From the NCBI GenBank assembly GCA_047967505.1, contig CM106538.1: a stretch of 64,000 nt of DNA. One strand, 5' to 3'. The position numbers were made by a program, and so were the translations under genes. Positions 1-13,850 of this stretch are shown one piece after another. This DNA comes from Dipteris shenzhenensis (lineage: Eukaryota). The stretch's first letter is position 1; every line of letters begins with the position of its first letter. The notes under the pieces are model-generated. The model was not told the DNA's origin and did not search any database. It was given only the letters and a program-made list of their open reading frames with translations.

Positions 1-1158
1 TGAGTCAGCTCAAATATGTTGACAGTCTCCTGAAGAAGTTTCATATGGCAGATTGCAAGATTGCAGCCACTCCCATGGAACAGAGTTTGAAACTTACTAA
101 AGATTCAGAAAAGCCTACAGTCAATGACAGATACTACAGGCAACTCATTGGATCTCTTATATATCTGACAATCACACGGCCAGATATATGCAGTAAGCTC
201 ACTAGCACAGTTTATGGCAAATCCAAAACAGTCTCACTGGAATGCAGCCAAAAGAGTCTTGAGATACATCAGAGGTACAAGACAATTTGGGATAGAATAC
301 AGAGGAAGTCATCCACGATTGCATGGATACTGTGACAGTGACTATGCTGGAGATCATGAGACCAGGAGATCGACACAGGGATATGCATTTTTCCTTGGTC
401 AAGGTGCTATATCATGGTTGTCAAACAAACAGCCAACTGTTTCTTTGTCTTCGACTGAAGCAGAATATAGAGCACTCACTACAGGTGCATGTGAGGCTAT
501 ATGGCTCAGAAGACTATTGTCAGAAACAGATTACTTTGATGAGTCAAAGCCAACAACAATATACTGTGATAATCAATCGGCTCAAGCATTGGCCAAAAAT
601 CCAGTATATCACTCCAGAACAAAGCACATTGATGTCAGAGAGCACTTCATCAGAGAAAGAGTGTTACTTGGTGACATCACACTGCAGCATTGTGATAGCA
701 AAGAAAATGTTGCAGACATCTTTACCAAACCACTCGGTAAAGAGCTATTCGAGAAACACCAACTAGCTCTTGGTTTGATGTAGAGGAAGGACATTCCCAT
801 TAAAGGGGTGTGATGGAATGTAATGCTCAGTCCTTCTTCTATTCCCCAGAATCATCATCTTGAGGGAAGGCCTACTTCATGATGTTGATCTTGAGGGAAG
901 GTGTTGAGAGTTCATGCTCAACATCATGTGATCATGTGTGCATAGCACCATCACGTGATCATATGTGCATAGCACTAACCTTATAGAGTGCTATAAAGGA
1001 AAGGGTTAGATCCCCTAACCCTAACCCTAAAAGGGTTTGTATATATTCTATTTTTTCAACTAATTCTAGTGTACAGTTAGTCATTTGTGGTGTGCTCTCT
1101 AGCTGTGCCCTCTCTCCTCATCTCCACTCTTCTCCTCTCCCCTCTTCATATTTTGTCA
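1..1158 (+). mobile_element. Ty1/copia element A', 3' end (RT/RNase H remnant, PPT, 3' LTR 902-1158)
   Basis: ORFs 45-335 and 214-783 give copia RT/RNase H ([33 protein letters not shown]) with one frameshift; purine tract ttgagggaagg at 891-901; LTR TGTTGAGA...TTTGTCA (257 bp) is the reverse complement of 5289-5551. Confidence 0.92.
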
Positions 1159-4100
1159 CTTCCTTGACACCTTTTGCTACTAGCTGACATCTTTTGGATT
1201 TGTCTCTGATAATACATTCATCACCATCGAAGATGACTTTGTAGTTGTGTTTCGTCATTTGACCTACTGACAAAAGGTTCTTGCTGAGCTTTGGAACATA
1301 GAGCACATCTTTGACTAATCCTTTTGTACCAGTGAAATTGTTCATAGGGATAACACCTGTCCCTTGAACCGGATTCAGTGTATTGTCTACTGTGTAGATG
1401 ACATTCTTTTGACCTTCTAATGGCTTCATTTCTGTGAACCATTCCTCATGATTTGTCATATGAGATGATGCACCGATGTCGATGTACCAAGGATCATGTT
1501 CCACTTGGTCGACTTGATAGCTGAAATCCTCTTTGGGATTGAAATCAATGTCTAGGTGCATTGTCTAGGTGCATTGTATTAGTCTGATGCAATTCCTCAC
1601 TTACAAGAAACATATTTCCATGTTCATTTGCAAAATGATTGTGACTAGAATGTCCACCACGATAATTTTCTCTTCCTCGGGAATTCCCTCGATTACTGCT
1701 GGATTGACTGGTCGTACTGCTTCTTGTGGCAATCTCTTTCATAGTGTCCAAACTTGTGATAGTAGTTGCACTGAATGTTTGACACATTGGTGGATGCATT
1801 CCCTCGTCCTTGAAATCTTCCTTGGTTGGAATGATTTCCTCTTTGTTGCTGATTCTGATGTTGCTGAGGATGTTGCTGATGCTGATGCTAATTCTGACTT
1901 TGATTTTGTTGATGATGACCACTTTTCTAATATGATCTACCTCTGTTTCTGCCTTTGCCTCTGCTTCTGTCTGAAGCTGTGAATGCCTGATCATTAGAAT
2001 GACTTTTACGTGCTTGAATGGCCTGAGTCCTGAGTTCTTCACCAAGTAGGACTGACTGAAGTTCTTCCAGTGTCAGAATTTGCCGTTGGATGGCAATACT
2101 CTGGACTAGATTCTTGTATCCCTCTCCTAGTCCTTTCACGATTACTTCAACCATTTCTGCGGGATTCATAGTCTCTCCTACTGCTGCAAGTTGATTGTTG
2201 TAGTCTTTGATGCGGAGTACATAAGCATGACCGGTTTCACTGCTGTTGCGGAAACTCTGGTTGATCTGGTTTCTCAGGGTGAGAATCCTGGATGTGTTCT
2301 TGGACTCGTAGAGAGATGTGAACATATCCCATGCTTCTTTTGATGTCTTGACTATGTTGAGCTGTCCTAGCATGACATCTTGCACATTCTGCTTGATCAG
2401 GTGGTAGGCATACTTGTCTTTCTTATCCCATTCTGCTTGAGCTCTGCTTGAGCTCAGGCAATGGCAGGATCTGCTACTGGTGCAGAAACTATTTGTGTAG
2501 ATGTAGATCCCGTTGTAGATTCCGTTGCTGCTGTTGTGACAATAGATGGAGTAGAGCTACTGGTGGCTGGATCGGCCAATGGTCTAGGTGTAGACCGATC
2601 GACATACTCCCATTTGTCCTGAAGCACAAGAATGGTCTCCATTCGGTATTTCCATGTACCATAATTGGAGTTGTCTAACTTAGTAGATGCCTCTAGATTG
2701 AGGTTGCTAGTCGACATGGTGCAAGAAATGTACTCAAAAAAGTGTCCTGAAAATCTCTGTATGAATCAACTGCAAATACACTGAAGATGCCAAGTGAAAT
2801 CTCTGTACTATCGGTGAAGATAGAACTGCAGTATATAAAATCTGATCAGTGTTACAAGGCTTGTGGCAATGATGCCGGGAATAGCCAAGAGGCTTTACAA
2901 GGCTGAATGATGTGCACGATGCCGTGAGATAGCCGAATAGGCTTTAAAATGGTGGCATGTGTGTGTGAAATCAAGTGCTATCTGCCCACTGAATCAATCT
3001 GCAATGCCTCTGAACTCTGAAGTCTGCTCACTGAACTGATGAACGTAAGGTTTCAGGTAATGTAATGATGTGAAATTGGATGTGAACGTATGGACTGACT
3101 CCGAGTAGGTACTAGTCGAGAATTTCGAGCATGGCTTAGATTGGCAACTTGGGGAAATTCAAAGCGTCCCCTCTATGGCGATCTAGTCTACTCTGATCTA
3201 GATCTAAACCAACCGTCGATCGATGAAAGAACAGCAAATAATTCCTTTTCTTTTCTTCTTTTTAAGTGCTGGGTCAGATGCGTCGATGTAGAGGCAAATG
3301 TGCGTGAAGGAAGTGGTTTTGTCGACGAGGCTCAAATGTGAGTGTAACTTGTGCCGAAATGTGTGCGTGATATGTAACGAGCACGTAGAGCACAAAAAAC
3401 CGAGCGACTTTCCTTTTTGGAGCGCCCTCAAATTCTTCCTGGATCAAGAGATATGACTTGATCTAGGTGGAGGGGCAAAAGGAGTGCAAATGGTGCTCAA
3501 TGATGATGTGTCACTGTGAGTCACATGCAGTGATGATGTGGCACTGTGCTTAGCAACAGGTGTGCCTGTGAAGCTCTGTGCTGAGGTGGCAGGAGTGTAC
3601 ACATGCAGTGTGTGCATAGTGTGCCTGGCAAGGGACTGTGCCTATAGGGGTCAGTGCTGAGGTGGCACAGATGATGTTAGCAAGGTGACATGGCAATGCT
3701 GACATGGCACTGATGATGTGTCCTTGATGATGTGGCACAGGTGATGTGGTTGATGACGTGGTAGGATGATGTGGCATTGATGATGTGTCCCTCTAGGCGA
3801 GGGCGATGACATGGCAGATAAGGTCTGCCATGTGGCAGACTGTGAACTAAACCACACCACACTGAGGGTAGAGTTGGTGATAAGGCCACGTGTCAGAAGG
3901 AAAGCCACCGAAATCTTTAAGAGTCTGACGGAATCCAAGAACATTCTGTCCGCCTGTGGATTTCCGTCGATGTTGACTGTGTGGCATCGCGTGCGCTGCC
4001 GTTTGGAGATCTAGAGGCTGGCTATGGAGGTAGAAGCCGTCTGGTGCATACGGAGGCTTGGGCTACTGAGGATTGAGGCGATGCTGCTGTTGAAGAAGCT

Positions 4101-4272
4101 CCGTTGGGAGATTTTGTCGCTCGTCGTGGAGGCGTATTGAATGGAGCCACGCCGATGGAGCCGTTTGGACCTTCACTACCATGAGCCGTTGTTGGAGGAG
4201 CAGACTGTCGAAGCTATTCGAGATGCAGCCCGTGGCTGCTCGAGGAGTTGTGCTAGTTGGGAAATGGACTGC

Positions 4273-4380
4273 GACGCTGGTTGCTTGCATCTAATCCCGG
4301 TGGAGCTGGCATTGAAGATCGCGAGCAAAATCAAGGCCAGGGAGCGCTTCTGCGTGTACGTTGTGGTGCCGATGTGGCCG
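4273..4380 (+). pseudogene. Captured fragment of a plant C2-type phospholipase D gene inside the copia leader
   Basis: Translates to [36 protein letters not shown], matching the conserved PLD segment (H/N)LIPxELxLKIxSKIxxxExFxVYxVxPMWPEG. Confidence 0.85.
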
Positions 4381-5288
4381 TCTATCGGTGCTGAATGTAG
4401 GCGGAGCTTTGGCTCGTAGTTGGAGAGGTCCGTCGAGAGTTGGTCGTTTGGGCGAGCAGTCATGGAGGCTTGCTTTATCCTTCGGTTTGCAGGCCTATGG
4501 AGTCAAGTCGCAGGGTTGAAGGTAGCCCGTAGTTACCGTTACAGGGGCTCGTTGCCGGCGGAGCCGAGATGTGTGCTGCGGTTGAGCTTGCTGGAGCCAT
4601 AGGGTGGTTGCCATTGTAGTCGATGCAGCTAGTCGTAGTTGGAGAGCCCTAGGAGCCCTTGCCGAGGAGGAGCTCACACAAGATGGCGCAGGAGTTGTAG
4701 TTGGAGAGCCGTTGCGGGCCGTGTAGCTGATGAAGCTTAGGGGTTGCTGTTTGTTGCTTTGTGGCCTTTGTTGAAGATGGTTATAGGGCTTGCTGAGAAG
4801 CGGCCTTGCGAGCTAAGGCTATGTTGAAGGAGTCTTGGTAGATAGAATGCCATACAAAGCTTCCAAAGTTATGTTTCCCACTATTGAATCCGAGCTCCTC
4901 AGTGTGGAAACATGAAAGTGAAGACTGTCACAGAGAATTCCTATAGCATGAGCAAGGTCGCTTGCCTCTCAACAAAAATATTTAAAGCATGAAATCTCTC
5001 AAGGAACTCTTAACGGAAATCCTCTCTCACTCAGAAGGAAGAAATCTCTCTCTCTCACAATAAGAATGTCTCAAAGAATGAATTGAAATCCTCACAAGGA
5101 AATCTCAAGAAATGAACGGAAATCTCTTAAGGAATGACGGAAATTTTCTCTCAAATGGACGGATGAAGATCTCTCACCAGAAGTGGACTCTCACGGAGAA
5201 CACTCAAGAGAACTCTCAATCTCACAATCTCTCTCACACTCTTAGGAATCGCAATGTCTCAGTGGAAGACAAGGGAGCTCTGATACCA

Positions 5289-5551
5289 TGACAAAATATG
5301 AAGAGGGGAGAGGAGAAGAGTGGAGATGAGGAGAGAGGGCACAGCTAGAGAGCACACCACAAATGATTAACTGTACACTAGATTTAGTTGAAAAAATAGA
5401 ATATATACAAACCCTTTTAGGGTTAGGGTTAGGGTTAGGGGATCTAACCTTTTCCTTTATAGCACTCTATAAGGTTAGTGCTATGCACATATGATCACGT
5501 GATGGTGCTATGCACACATGATCACATGATGTTGAGCGTGAACTCTCAACA
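5289..5551 (-). repeat. 5' LTR of element A (263 bp) with an internal (TTAGGG)n run
   Basis: TG...CA termini, adjacent PBS; about 4 substitutions and one 6-bp TTAGGG indel relative to LTR 902-1158. Confidence 0.93.
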
Positions 5552-6202
5552 AGTCTGTCATCTCAAACTCTGTGCTCAACGCCTTTTTAGTCTGCTGGAT
5601 CATGTCTTCATAGTCACCTGTAATAAGGAGATCATCCACAGATAGAACAATAATAGCAAATTTTCCACCTTTCCTGTACACATACAAGTTAGCATCTGAG
5701 GCACATCTTTTGAAGTTTAATTTATGAAAGAATTTGTCCATCCGTTGGTACCATGCTCTTGGGGCCTGTTTCAGCTCGTACAGAGCCTTCTTCAGCTTAC
5801 ATACCCTGTTCTCAAAATGGGGGGCCTTAAACCCAGGTGGCTGAGCCACATACACCTCCTCCTTGAGGTCACCATTCAAGAATGTTGATTTAACATCCAT
5901 TTGATAAACTGGCCACTTTTTATGAGCAGCCACCGATAGTACTGTGCAAATAGTGGTCATTCTGGCAGTCAGAGCGAAAGATTCTTGAAAATCAAACCCT
6001 TCAACTTGCGAAAATCTTGTGCAACCAAGCTGGCTTTGTACTTTTCCAAAGTCCCATCGGCCTTCTACTTTACCTTCCAAACCCACTTGGTGCCAATAAC
6101 CTTTCTGTTAGGTGGTCGACCTACCAGCTCCCAAGTTTCATTCTTCATGATGCTATCATATTCTACTTGCATAGCCTGTTTTCAATCTCGGTCTGCAAGT
6201 GT
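5552..6202 (-). pseudogene. Older host copia G: RT fragment (target of insertions A and B)
   Basis: ORF 5508-6086 has [27 protein letters not shown] and SVDDLLITG; upstream KQAMQVEYDSIMKNETWEL. Confidence 0.88.
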
Positions 6203-9200
6203 TGTTGAGATATCGAGCTCCACTCGTGATATGCCAAGGTGACTGTTGTGCATTTATGTCACCAACTTGTTAGCTGTAGATGTAGTTGGTACATCGCCCA
6301 TGAATAATAGCTAGATGATGGCTACCTTTATGTACTCTAGTTAGTGGCTCAGTTAGTATGCCACCTTAGTTAGCTGAGTTTGGTTTGAGACCCACATATA
6401 GGGTTCACTATTCTCTTTTGGCTTTCACAACTAAGAAGAGGAAAACTATTTTCAGCCTCCACCTTTGTGTATATTCCCCCATTGTGTATGTGAGAAAGCT
6501 ACAAGTGAGACTCCTTCCATCTCTCCCACTCTCTTCACATCGTATCAAAGCTTGGTTCATGGTAAGGAGCTCAAGAAATCAAACCAAGTTCTCGCAGTGT
6601 CCTAGTAAGAGGATCAGTGTTGCTTTTCTTTTTTTCAAGTTTGGGAGTAAATCTCTGCAGGTTGCACAACCGAAAAGTGCAGAAGTGCACTGTCTCAGAT
6701 TGGGACACCCTTCGCAGTGTGGCGAGAGGGTAGTATATGCTATGAGACAGGGCAAAGCCTTTGGTGAAATGATTTTTTTTATTCGAGGCCCATTTTGGTG
6801 GTGGAAGTTTTCCGCAAGCACTCAGGAAAGTGCCCTATTTTTGCTGTGTGACCACTATTCTGCAGGTCGGTGAAAAGTTATCGTAGAAATTACATCATAT
6901 GCCAATGCGCTGAGATATTGGGAGTGACAGAATCATTCTTATTGCCTGTTGATGCATAATCATCACTAGGAAGTGACTGTGTGGTCAAATACCACTCTCG
7001 TCAGTTTTGCAAATTTGCCCTTGTGATGCAGAAGTTGTGTTTTTTGCAGTGATAGATTATTTTGCAGTGTTCTGTAATGGCGTCTGATGCTCTTTCACAA
7101 ATTGTCACTGAAAAGCTTGACAAGAACAACTTCCAAGCATGGAAGTTTAGAATGACGAATTTCCTTAAGGGAAAAGGCTATTGGGAGTTCATTACTGGAG
7201 CTGAACAAGAACCAGTTATTCCTAATGTTCCCAATCAATAGTAGTTGCAAGCATTTAAAGGCTAGCATGAGAGAGCCAGAAAAGTTATGTACTGGCTGTC
7301 TATCAGTATTTCAGATTCTATGATTGTGCATATTCAGGATGCAAGCACGCCGAAGGAGGCATGGGATACTTTGACAAAAATGTATAGCACAAATATGCAA
7401 GCCAGGAAAATGCAGTTCAAGCAGGAGTTGCATAATGTGCAAAGAGAAAATATGAGCATCAATGACTACCACATGAAGGTGAAGAAGATTGCAGATGCAC
7501 TTGCTTCTATTGGGTTGCTAATGGAAGATGATGATTTAGTTTCTATGACCTTGAATGGTCTAGGAAAGGATTATGCACAATTCTGGACATCCATTGCCGT
7601 CCGTGAGAATTTTCCTGATTTTGAGGAGTTGATTGCTCTTCTAATTTCTGAAGAGCAGAGAAATGGTGGTGCATCTTCTTCAAGAGGAACTTCAAAAGAA
7701 GCTGTCTTCTACTCAAATGCTGGAAGAGGTAGAGGCAGAGGTAGAGCAGGCCGATTTGGAAGCCATGGCAGAAATCAGAATATGCAGCAAATTCAAGAAA
7801 ACCAGTCCTATGGAGGAGAACATGGTAACTTTAGAGGCACGACGAGCCAAAGAGGTCGTGGTGGATGGCAGAGTGGCCCAAATGCAAACAACAATGTTGA
7901 ATGCTACTACTATGGTAAAATGGGTCATATGGTTAAAGACTACTATAAAAAGCAGAATGACATCGTGACTAGAAAATTGCAGCAAGGCAATTATGCATCC
8001 TCTAGTAGACAGTGTGATGACAGAAATGAGCATCTGTTTATGGTGCAGCACATGACCAATTCTGTGACAAGTGCAAAAGAAAGCAATGATGTATGGTATG
8101 TTGACTCAGGTGCATCAAACCACATGACAGGTCATCCAGAATGGATGCAGGATGCAAGGAAAATGGAAAGATTAGGATTTGTGGAGACTCGTGATGATAC
8201 TGCACATCCTATTGTGCAGATTGGTAAAATTCCTTTGTCTATGTAGGATGGAAAAAAGAAATACCTGTCTGATGTATTTCATGTCCCGAATGTCACCAAA
8301 AACCTCGTTTCTGTTGGTCAAATGGTTGAGCAGGGCTTGCAGGTCAGATTTAATCCTCATGGATGCTTTGTTGAGGATATGAAAAATAAAGGTCGCTTGA
8401 TAGTAAAAGGGAAGAAGAAGGACAAGATGGTTACGTTCGATGCGGACATGCCTGAATTGAGTGTAGCAATGTTTGCACATGGGACCGGTGTAGTTGCAGA
8501 TATTGATATATGGCATAAATGCATTGGTCATGTTAATGTACAGCAACTTAAATTAATGCAGGCCCAAAATATTGTTGCAAGATTGCCTAAGTTCAAGGTT
8601 GCAGAAATGCATAAGGTATGTGAAGCCTGTCAATTTGGAAAACAGGCAAGGAAACCATTTCCTAGACATGTTTAAGAGAGTAAGAGGCCATTGGAATTAA
8701 TCCACTCTGATGTGTGGACTACTAAAGCTACATCTATTGGAGGCTATCATTATTTTGTCACTTTTATTGATGACTACAATAGAAAAGTTTGGGTGTATTT
8801 TATGAAAAAGAAAAGTGAAGTGTTTGGGCATTTCAAAGCTTTTAAAGCTATGATTGAAAAAGAAACATGCCTACAAATAAAATGCCTAAGGTCAGATGGA
8901 GGGCAAGAGTACCTCTCAAATGTGTTTGCAAGTCTCTTGGAGGAGCATGGCATAAAGCAGCAATATTCATGCAGTCATACCCCACATCAAAATGGACTTG
9001 CAGAAAGGAAAAACAAGCATATTGGAGAGGTATCTTGTGCCATGCTCAACGAAAAAGACCTACCAGATTATTATTGGGCTAAAGCAGTTGCTACAATAGT
9101 CTACATAATGAAGAGGACTCCCACTGCAACAATACATGGCATGACACTAGAGGAGAGGTATACTGGTAGGAAACCAAATATTTCTCATTTGAAAGTTTTT

Positions 9201-11749
9201 GGTTGCATTGCCTATGTTCATGTGCCAAATGATTTGAGATCCAAGTTGGATCCAAAAGCTGAGAAGTGCATCTTTATTGGTTATTCTCTGTAGTAGAAAG
9301 GGTGTAGATGCTATAACCCTTCTACTTGTAAGTTTATAGTGAGCAGAGATGTTGTTTTTGATGAGATGAGCAGTTGGTATAAACCAGTAAATGTGATTGA
9401 TGATGTAGATGCACAAAATGGTAATGCTGCACAGAAGTCAGAGCAGCAATCACAAAATATTAGTGGACCTGTAGTGTCCTCTAGTAGTAGTTCATGTCCT
9501 TCACCATGGACAAGCAAATTGAGATAAGGAGGATCTCCTCAAAGCAATGCCGATAGTGGTATGCAAGTATCACAAAAAGAAAAAGAGAAAGTTGATCATC
9601 CCATGGTTGATGTGAATGCAAGTCATTCTTATGTGGATGGTGAATCCAATGGCTCAGAACAGAGCCTTGATGATGAGTTGGGCATTCCTTCTATTGTTAC
9701 ACCTAGAGTAAGGAAGACAAGGGATGTTTTGAGAGCACCTGGTAGTGAGCCTATTTCTTGTAGGTCTACCAGAGCTAGGTATCCTGTGGATAGGCTGAAA
9801 TATGATGGATTTACAACCATTCACTATGCCTATATGGTCAAAGTGATACATGAATAGAACCCACTTCTTTTGAGCAAGCCATGGGAAAAGAAAAATGGGA
9901 GAAAGCCATGGATAAAGAAATGGATGCCTTGGAAGCAAATGCTACATGGGAATTGGTGCCTTTGCCTAAAGACAAGAATGTAATTGGCTGCAAGTGGGTT
10001 TATAAGGTGAAGCACAATGCAGATGCTTCTGTGAACAAATACAAGGCAAGATTAGTTGTCAAGGGGTATGCATAGACATATGGCATTGATTATGAAGAAA
10101 CATTCAGTCCAGTTGCAAGGATGGCAACCATAAGAGTAGTCATTGCTATGGCTGCATCAAAGGGATGGTCTTTACATCAGATGGATGTAAAGAATGCTTT
10201 CTTGCATGGCGATTTGCAACAAGAGGTCTATATGGAGCAGCCACTAGGTTATGTTCATGCTGTTCATCTCGAGTTTGTTTGCAGAGGTTGAAGAAAGCTT
10301 TGTATGGCTTGAAGCAAGCACCCAGAGCATGGTCTCACAAGATAGGATAGTATCTTGTCACTATTGGCTTTCAGATTTCCAAGGCAGATTTCTCACTTTA
10401 TGTGAGAAAAAAAGGCATTATGGTGCTTGTCATTTATGTTGATGATTTGATCATCACAGGTGATAGTGATGAAGATATCCTTCATGTGAAAATGCTATCG
10501 AAGCAGAAGTTTGAGATGAAGGATTTGGGAGAGCTGCATTACTTCTTGGGCATTGAGGTGATTAGATCCACAAGTGGGATATGACTCTTACAGAGGCAGT
10601 ATGGATTCGACATGCTGTCCAAATATGGGATGACAGGCTGTAAGCCTATTTTAGTTCCTTTGAAGCAGAATGTGAAGTTGAGCGCAGATGCAAGTGAGCT
10701 TCTAGAAGACCCTACTATGTACAGACGCATAGTAGGAAGTTTGATTTATATGACTATTACTAGGCCTCATTTGAGCTATGTTGTTGGGTTGGTAAGTCAA
10801 TTTATGCAGGCTCCAAGGAAACCGCATTTGGATGCGGCTAGATGCATACTGAGGTATGTGAAGTCCACATTGCAGTATGGACTATTTTATGAGACTAGGG
10901 TTCAGATATAGTTGCATGGATACACTGATGTTGATTGGGCTGGTAGTATTTCTGACAGATGATCTACAAGTGGATATATGTTCTCTTTTGGGAGTGCTGT
11001 AGTCACTTGGAGCAACAAGAAACAGCCTACAATTGCCTTGTCGAGCACAGAGGCTGAGTACACGGGTGCAGCAACGGCTGCATGTGAGGTAGCTTGGTTG
11101 CATAAGCTACTTTATGATATGCATCAGTCTACAGATGGGCCAATTGTCATTTATTTTGGCAACATGAGCAGTATACACTTGGCAAATAACCCATTCTATC
11201 ATGCTAGAACAAAGCACATTGAGGTGCATTATCACTATGTGTGGGAGAAGGTTCTAGTAGGTTTTATTAATCTAGTTTATGTCAGCATAGAGGATCAGAT
11301 AGCTGACATATTCACAAAGGCATTGGGTGCGAAGAAGCTGCACAAGTTCAGAGACCTACTTGGTGTGCAGGAATTGAGATTGAGCTCAAGGGGGAGTGTT
11401 GAGATATCGAGCTCCACTCGTGATATGCCAAGGTGACTGTTGTGCATTTATGTCACCGACTCGTTAGCTACAGATGCAGTTGGAATACTGCCCATGAATA
11501 GTAGTTAGATGACAGCTATCTTTATGTACTCTAGTTAGTGGCTCAGTTAGTATGTCACCTTAGTTAGTTGAGTTTGGTTTGAGACCCACATATAGGGTTC
11601 ACCTATTCTATTGTACTTAGCGTTCTTTTGGCTTTCACAACTAAGAAGAGGAAAACTATTTTTAGCCTCCACCTTTGTGTGTATTCCCCCATTGTGTATG
11701 TGAGAAAGCTGCAAGTGAGACTCTTTCCTTCTCTCCCACTCTCTTCACA
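6203..11749 (+). mobile_element. Full-length degenerate Ty1/copia element B
   Basis: LTRs 6203-6539 and 11397-11749 (TG...CA); TSD agtgt/agtgc; mutated PBS tcgtatcaaagc at 6540; PPT aagggggag; gag (from ~7077), PR (WYVDSGASNHM), IN (LIHSDVW, RSDGG), RT (YVDD), RH (ADIFTK) broken by many stops and frameshifts. Confidence 0.95.
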
Positions 11750-12200
11750 AGTGCTTCCTCCAAACTCGCAAGCTCCTTTACTTCTGCAATAATCTCAGCC
11801 ATCAAGGCGATATTGACTATGTGAGCAGAAGCCCTCCTTTTCTCCTCGATTCTCTAAGATCGCCTTGGTCCATGTGCATGCTGCTCAACATAGACATAGG
11901 CATCTGTTTATCATGGTCGTAGAGCTAACTTACCCATCGCGGCAATGGCTTTTTTGGTGGTGTAACAACAGGTTGGTGACTATACCTTCATCATTGGATA
12001 TTTCCTCCTCCTTTATAGCTCCTGGGATATGTAGACGTGAGGATTGGGTTGGCGAGTGGGGAGGACATTAATGGCTTGAGGGGGGAAGGAACACTTTAGC
12101 TAAAGGTAGCACTACAATAAATGCCCCACCATATGCACCGTATAGTAGGCCACCAAAGACAATTTCTCCCATCTATTGATCAACTCGTTGAAATCTTAAG
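11750..12200 (-). pseudogene. Continuation of host copia G (IN-RT linker), degenerate; right limit approximate
   Basis: Removing B joins ...ELASLEEAL with ADRD*KQAM... in one minus-strand frame. Confidence 0.65.
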
Positions 12201-12829
12201 TAAAAATCCCATATGTTCATTCATTAGTCTATAGGGTGGCATTAATTATTGTGGAACATTAGCCAGGGGGGAGTGAGTAGTGATAGGGGAAGAAAAATAC
12301 ATCTTATGTGTTCTAACCCCCACTGATAAGAGGCATTAGTAGAAATTTTGGCTCGATAAATCCATATAAAGAATAGATTAGGACTTTAAAACATGTCATA
12401 ACAAATTAGACAGGCTAGTGTGTTGTAAACTCATATGTACGTGTGTGAGAGATTATGAGTGGGATAAAGCAATTAAAGCAATTTCCAAAATATTACAATT
12501 ATTTAAGCTTCCAAAGATTAAAAATTGCTATTAAAGAAATTTCCCAAAGTCATTGTGCAAGTGTCTACTCCATGGATGATAGCACAAATATCATGATCAA
12601 CATACTATCTTCTAGGTAACATAGGATACTCAAAAACGAGGGGTTTCATTGTGTGTGTATGTATGCTGAGTACATACATGCATGTGAGTGTGTGTGTGTG
12701 TGAGTGTGAGCTCAAAATGGGAAAAGGAATAATAAGAGTGTGTGTGTGTGTGTGTACCCACCCTGACCCAGAGGGACACCATATGATGGGGGCAAGACAC
12801 CCATCATAAGCTGTCCTGCTCCTCACCAA

Positions 12830-13850
12830 GAAGTGCTAGTAAAGAAGAAGTATTGATACGATAGCTAGGAAAATGATTCTCATAGATGAATTTAGCAATT
12901 AGCTTTACAATTTTACATCAAAGAAATCCATTATCGCAAAATAATTTTATAAGTTTAGACAGATCCAACCAAGCCATCTCATTGTTAGATGCAGCATATA
13001 TGACAGGGACAACTTGAGATAGACATAATTTGTAACAGTTGTCCTTGGGTCTATTTAGCAATCTCGAACTTAAGAAGATATTGGACTTCATCCATTATAC
13101 ATTTATCTTTATACCATGGCTGGGAAGCATTCCAATTTGGGCAATGTTTATCAAAAATCTTAGGACATATCATTCTAATCTTGTCTTTATGATGGGTGCT
13201 AGGCATGATACTCAAAATCTTACATACCTCACACCATGCCTTAAATAATTCTTCAATCACTATGAACAGATTGGGCGGGAGTGGGGGAATATGATTCATA
13301 CCTTTAGAAAGAAATTCTTTAATCTTTGGATGATGACATATAGATACGTCCGTAGTGAGCACGTGTGGCTCATCTAGGAATCCATCATTTAAAAAGTGTG
13401 CAAAGCATTTGCTTTGTCAACATATGCATGAAGTGTTTTGAGAAGTGGTAAATGTGTCCATAGGACGATAAAACAAATTTGAGATATTTGGAGTATAAGA
13501 CCATGCAAAGACAATATTTGCAAACAAGTATACTATAGAGGGATCAAAACACTTAATCACTTCCAAACTTGACCTGTGCTACTCTTAGTTCCCCTCTCCT
13601 TCCAAAAATCAATCATACTCATCTTGCTCTCATTATTGAACAAATCCTCAAACCTAGCGTCGCCATTGATTCATCCAAGGGATCTTTCAAAAAATCAAGG
13701 TTTTCTACTCCACATGGATCCTCATCTTCCCACTCCTCCAAGCGTCCTATGCATGGAGCCAAGAAGTACAACCATGCTTCGCACATCACCAAACAAATTA
13801 CATTCGAGTAATGGCTCCCAATGGTCATTAGTGACCCAAATCAATGGTTG
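12830..13850 (-). mobile_element. Probable Penelope-like retroelement remnant with most of the RT core deleted
   Basis: Minus-strand CIC...HVLTTDVSICHHPKIKEFLSKGMNHIP resembles the PLE pre-RT motif; SKLIKLFCDNGF (~12925-12960) resembles the PLE thumb-region NGY motif; (CA)n runs follow downstream. Confidence 0.5.

Larger units (their letters stand above)
1159..5551 (-). mobile_element. Ty1/copia element A, 5' part (5' LTR, PBS, ~2.5 kb leader, gag-protease), interrupted at 1158 by A'
   Basis: LTR 5289-5551; PBS TGGTATCAGAGC (tRNA-iMet) at 5288-5277; gag from 2717 (KLDNSNYGTWKYRM, UBN2-like) and protease (WYIDIGASSHM, VLYVPKLSKNLLSV) with frameshifts. Confidence 0.92.

Noticed and set aside
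12600-12830. Hammerhead ribozyme at the putative PLE 3' end
   Set aside because: A 9-bp hairpin exists but no intact CTGANGA...GAAA core
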